In this document: one piece after another, positions 60,601 to 64,000 of the stretch
Position numbering within the stretch: the first letter of the stretch is position 1
How the letters are laid out: the number at the start of each line of letters is the position of its first letter
NCBI GenBank assembly: GCA_964016885.1
Contig: OZ024742.1
Span: forward strand, 137,950,001-138,014,000
DNA from: Eledone cirrhosa
Lineage: Eukaryota
Length of the DNA: 64,000 nucleotides
Reading direction: 5' to 3'
Made by a program: the position numbers and the translations under genes
The notes under the pieces: generated by a model
What the model saw: the letters and a program-made list of their open reading frames with translations, nothing else
The model's database searches: none
What the model was told of the DNA's origin: nothing

Positions 60601-61025
60601 TTGTTTCTACTTTAGGCTCAAGGCTAGCAATTATCGAGTGCATTACTGGTACTTTATTTTATCGACCCCGTAAGGATGAAAGGCAAAGTTAACCTTCAAT
60701 GTAGTACATAAACGTATATCACATTATGTTTCATTACTGTGCAAAATAAAATCGTTTCTTAAAACAAAGTCTGCCTTTTTTAATGTCTATTCCTCGAATT
60801 TATGTATAATGTTTACTTTTTATAATTGTTACAGTATAGCGAAAGTGTTGAAATAGTTCAGTTGTTAGGGCGTTGGACAAAATACTTTACAGTCTGGGTT
60901 CCAATAGTACCGGACTTAGATTTACCCTCCATCCTTCCAGGTCGATAAAATAATTACCATTGAGGAGTTGAGCTCGATATAATCGGCTTCCCAAATGTGC
61001 TGGCCTTGTACTTAAATTAGAAATC
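60601..61025. mobile_element. SINE fragments (60601-60697 minus; ~60850-61025 plus)
   Basis: TTTATCGACCCCGTAAGGATGAAAGGCAAAG; GGTCGATAAAATAATTACC..GGCCTTGTACTTAAATTAGAAA. Confidence 0.7.
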
Positions 61026-61214
61026 AATATTGTTAGGGTAGAGGTATAATAACCTAGTATGATGTGAATATAGCTTGCAAATTGTTCCTAGTTAAATCCC
61101 ACTGCATGTATAGTCTTGATTCTATAAGCAAGAAATGTAATACAAATTGCATTAAATAACTTAACTCTCAGAGGACAGTATTAGATCATTTGAGAATTGC
61201 GAATGCTGCCTGAA

Positions 61215-63885
61215 ACCGATTGTCCAGATCTCATCTCACGACCAGTCAAGTAGTCCAAACGTTTGAGTCAGAATAGGCACAGCAAACACATTGTTAGCCA
61301 TTTATTTATTATGTGCAGAGAGTTCGGAAGACCATATTTTTCATATTCGGGTGTTGTATTTCGTAGCTACGCGTTCTTTCTTACAAGTACCATCTTATAA
61401 TATATTTTCAGCTATCCATAAGTATCTGTAACAGTTCTCACCAGATACCGGTGCAACAGTCTGGTCATTGATTGGGTTGTTACTATATTGGCTGGAAGTT
61501 TTTCCTCGCTTTACTATCATATAGGAACATTTATCCTGGTCAAACTCCATTCTTATATCTTTCCTAACTTGGTCAATGTTTTTCTTCATACCATTTATAT
61601 TCTTGGCATAAAGTTTCATATCATCCACAAAGAAAGGATGTGTTAGGTTTGTTTACTTGCCTCGTGTAAACCAATTACACCTCCTTTATATTCCTTCTGC
61701 ATAAAGTTTTAACGATAGCATAAATAGCAACAAAGGGAGATAATCTCCTTGAAATAAATCCCTGCGATATTCTATTTTTCAGTAACAACATTGCTCTCTG
61801 TCTCTGCATTATACTTCAGGATAGTGACGGAGGAAGAATATAGGTTCTCCTTGGCTTTAATTATAGTATCTGGGACTTTAGTTAGTCAGAGTGTATCTAG
61901 CATCCCAGAGTAGAAACAGAATCGAATGCTTCCTGTAGTCTCCACATATTGTAACCAAGTTTCCTCTACGCCACCCCACCTCTGACATCGCTCTTTTGTG
62001 AGTTAGCAGTTGCTCAATACGCCACACTCAAATAAAAATCCTTTTTTCCCCAGTGGCTGGCTCATGGTGATGATTTTGCTCTCGTCACAGTGTTCAGGGA
62101 GAAAAAGGTTCCGCCAGGCTCTGGACAGGATCTTCTGGCAATAGCTCAGTATTTTTTGTCCAATGGTTTCTATGCTTGGTGGGGACCAAACATATTTCTG
62201 CTAATGTCCACTAGCTTGATATATGTGTATCTCCCTTGAGAGTTTGTTGTTAGAGGTTGATAAGATACATTCAATAGATAGTTAGTTTTTTTTTTCACTG
62301 TTAACCGACATTTATGTCTCTTCCTGGTGCTTTTATCTTGAAGTTTTTCTGTAATTGACACAATTGATGCTGTATGTCTTTGTTGCAATGCAGAGGCAAT
62401 AGTTGGTTCGGATCTGTTTCAACCACACTTCATCTTGATTGAAATTTTTTCCTGTACCAATATTTTTCTCAATAAGAAATCTACGTCTTTCTAGTACGGA
62501 GCATCAGTAATGTTTATGGGTTTGCTCCGCATATTACTCTAGATTGTATTAGGTTTCGGAGGAAATTGTTATTAATTATTTTCCTTTCAACCACACTCTT
62601 CTGATATCGGAGCGTCTTGCTGACAGCGCTCAATTCTTGTTTGAGTGTGATCAACTTTTATTGAAGAGTTCTGCTTGTACTGTCCCAACACACCATTTCT
62701 ATTTTATATTTTACTCTTTGTTGGTGAGCTGTGTAGTTTTATGATTTTGATTACATGTGATGAGTATTGTTACATGTCAAATAATTTTTAGTAGGTTAGC
62801 GATCTCTTCTATTTTTGAAATATGGGTTTGCATTGTTTGTGTTGACCTGTGTCTGTTAACATCTCTATTGTCGACAAGCTGTGTACTGTCGTTGATAGGG
62901 CATATAGATAGACTTATATTTGTCAAAATATAGGGATTTAATTTAACGTAAATATTCACTCCCATTTGCGTCTATAGTATACAGTATTTCTTTATTTGTG
63001 TTCTTATTTAATACTGTCATTTTTATGGCCTCTTCGAGAGAAAGTTTCATACATAAATTAATCTCATTTTGGAAAATTTCTCTAAGGCAGTATTTTAACT
63101 GTTTGTACTCATCACTTTCCCTGCTAATGGTAGACATTATCATTAACAGTACTTTGATGTTAATGATCAATGCAACTGTGAGATATAGCAGGAAAGAAAA
63201 TTTGACGGCGGCATGGCTGTTTCAAGAGATTGTTTCTGTATTGCTATAGTTTGTTGTCGCTGTTAAGACTGGCTACAAGAAAACAGAAAAATCGCAGCCT
63301 GTTGAGACAGGTGTTGATTACATGTTTGATCTAGAAAAATGCTCACTTAGTTTTGTTATTTGTAGAGATTTTACACGTTCATATTATTTTTACGTTCGGC
63401 AAATATTACTTGGCGTAATTATTGGGCTGTGAAATAATTTAACACTGGGCGAAATTCGTCCCAGTGTATCTTCATTTGATTTTTTTTTTTAGGCGGGGGA
63501 GGAATTTTATAACAATTACATAAATCATTATTGATTTCGTAACTACAAGAAAATGCGATTTATATTTTCGGTTCTTTTTGTATCTACAATATAAAGATTC
63601 TGATTACCTTTATCGTTGTTTTTCTTCGATTCTTCACTATTTTTGTTGATGTCGTGTCATGCTAGGTTTTCTGTGGCAAATCCTTGTAAGCTGAATTCAA
63701 TATTTAGACAGATATCTCTACGATTTCGAATAAAAGGAGTCTTCAATAAATATCACCAGGACAATATGCAGTTACAAAACAAGGTTGATAACTGACGCAT
63801 TGCAGTTAGAGATAGTATTAATAATAAATTTGATGGATAATGTCCCACGCCATATGATCGACTGCCCGCGTCGAAGGTTAAACTG
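61215..63885 (-). mobile_element. Second, more decayed R4/Dong-like LINE copy
   Basis: VDDMKLYAKN..FDQDKCSY; colinear DNA similarity with ~190-2850 (for example CAGATATCTCTACGA.TTCGAATAAAAG at 2679 and 63709); it ends at (TATG)n like copy 1. Confidence 0.88.
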
Positions 63886-64000
63886 TATGTATGTATGTAG
63901 GTTTGTAGGCAAGTAGTTAAGTATATCTTTTTCATAATACATCTTAATCTTTTTTATCTGATAACCTTTACCTTTTTAGGGGGTGAAGCAGTTCTGTATT

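Overview
AT-rich eukaryotic non-coding DNA, either intergenic or deep intronic. The (TA)n/(CA)n microsatellite load and the SINE family suggest an octopus or other cephalopod genome (inference only). No host protein-coding gene can be supported, and almost all short ORFs in the track are microsatellite translations. The window is a mosaic of decayed retroelements: two long R4/Dong-like LINE copies plus one 3'-end copy in (TAA)n, three RTE-clade LINE remnants, four Penelope-like element (PLE) copies (RT and/or GIY-YIG, or 3' region only), and about 13 tRNA-derived SINEs. The striking feature is a dense population of type I hammerhead ribozyme (HHR) motifs (stem I - CTGANGA - stem II - GAAA - stem III - NUH - stem I'). 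Reading by eye I count about 14 with an intact core and paired stem I, and about 15 more variant or decayed copies, in roughly 15 unrelated sequence families. Most lie in short ORF-less elements wedged into (TA)n tracts and arranged as asymmetric fold-backs or terminally redundant monomers of about 0.43-0.52 kb. This looks like a PLE-dependent, microsatellite-targeted, retrozyme-like system. Coordinates were read manually and may be off by a few bases. No cleavage activity or expression can be shown from sequence alone.
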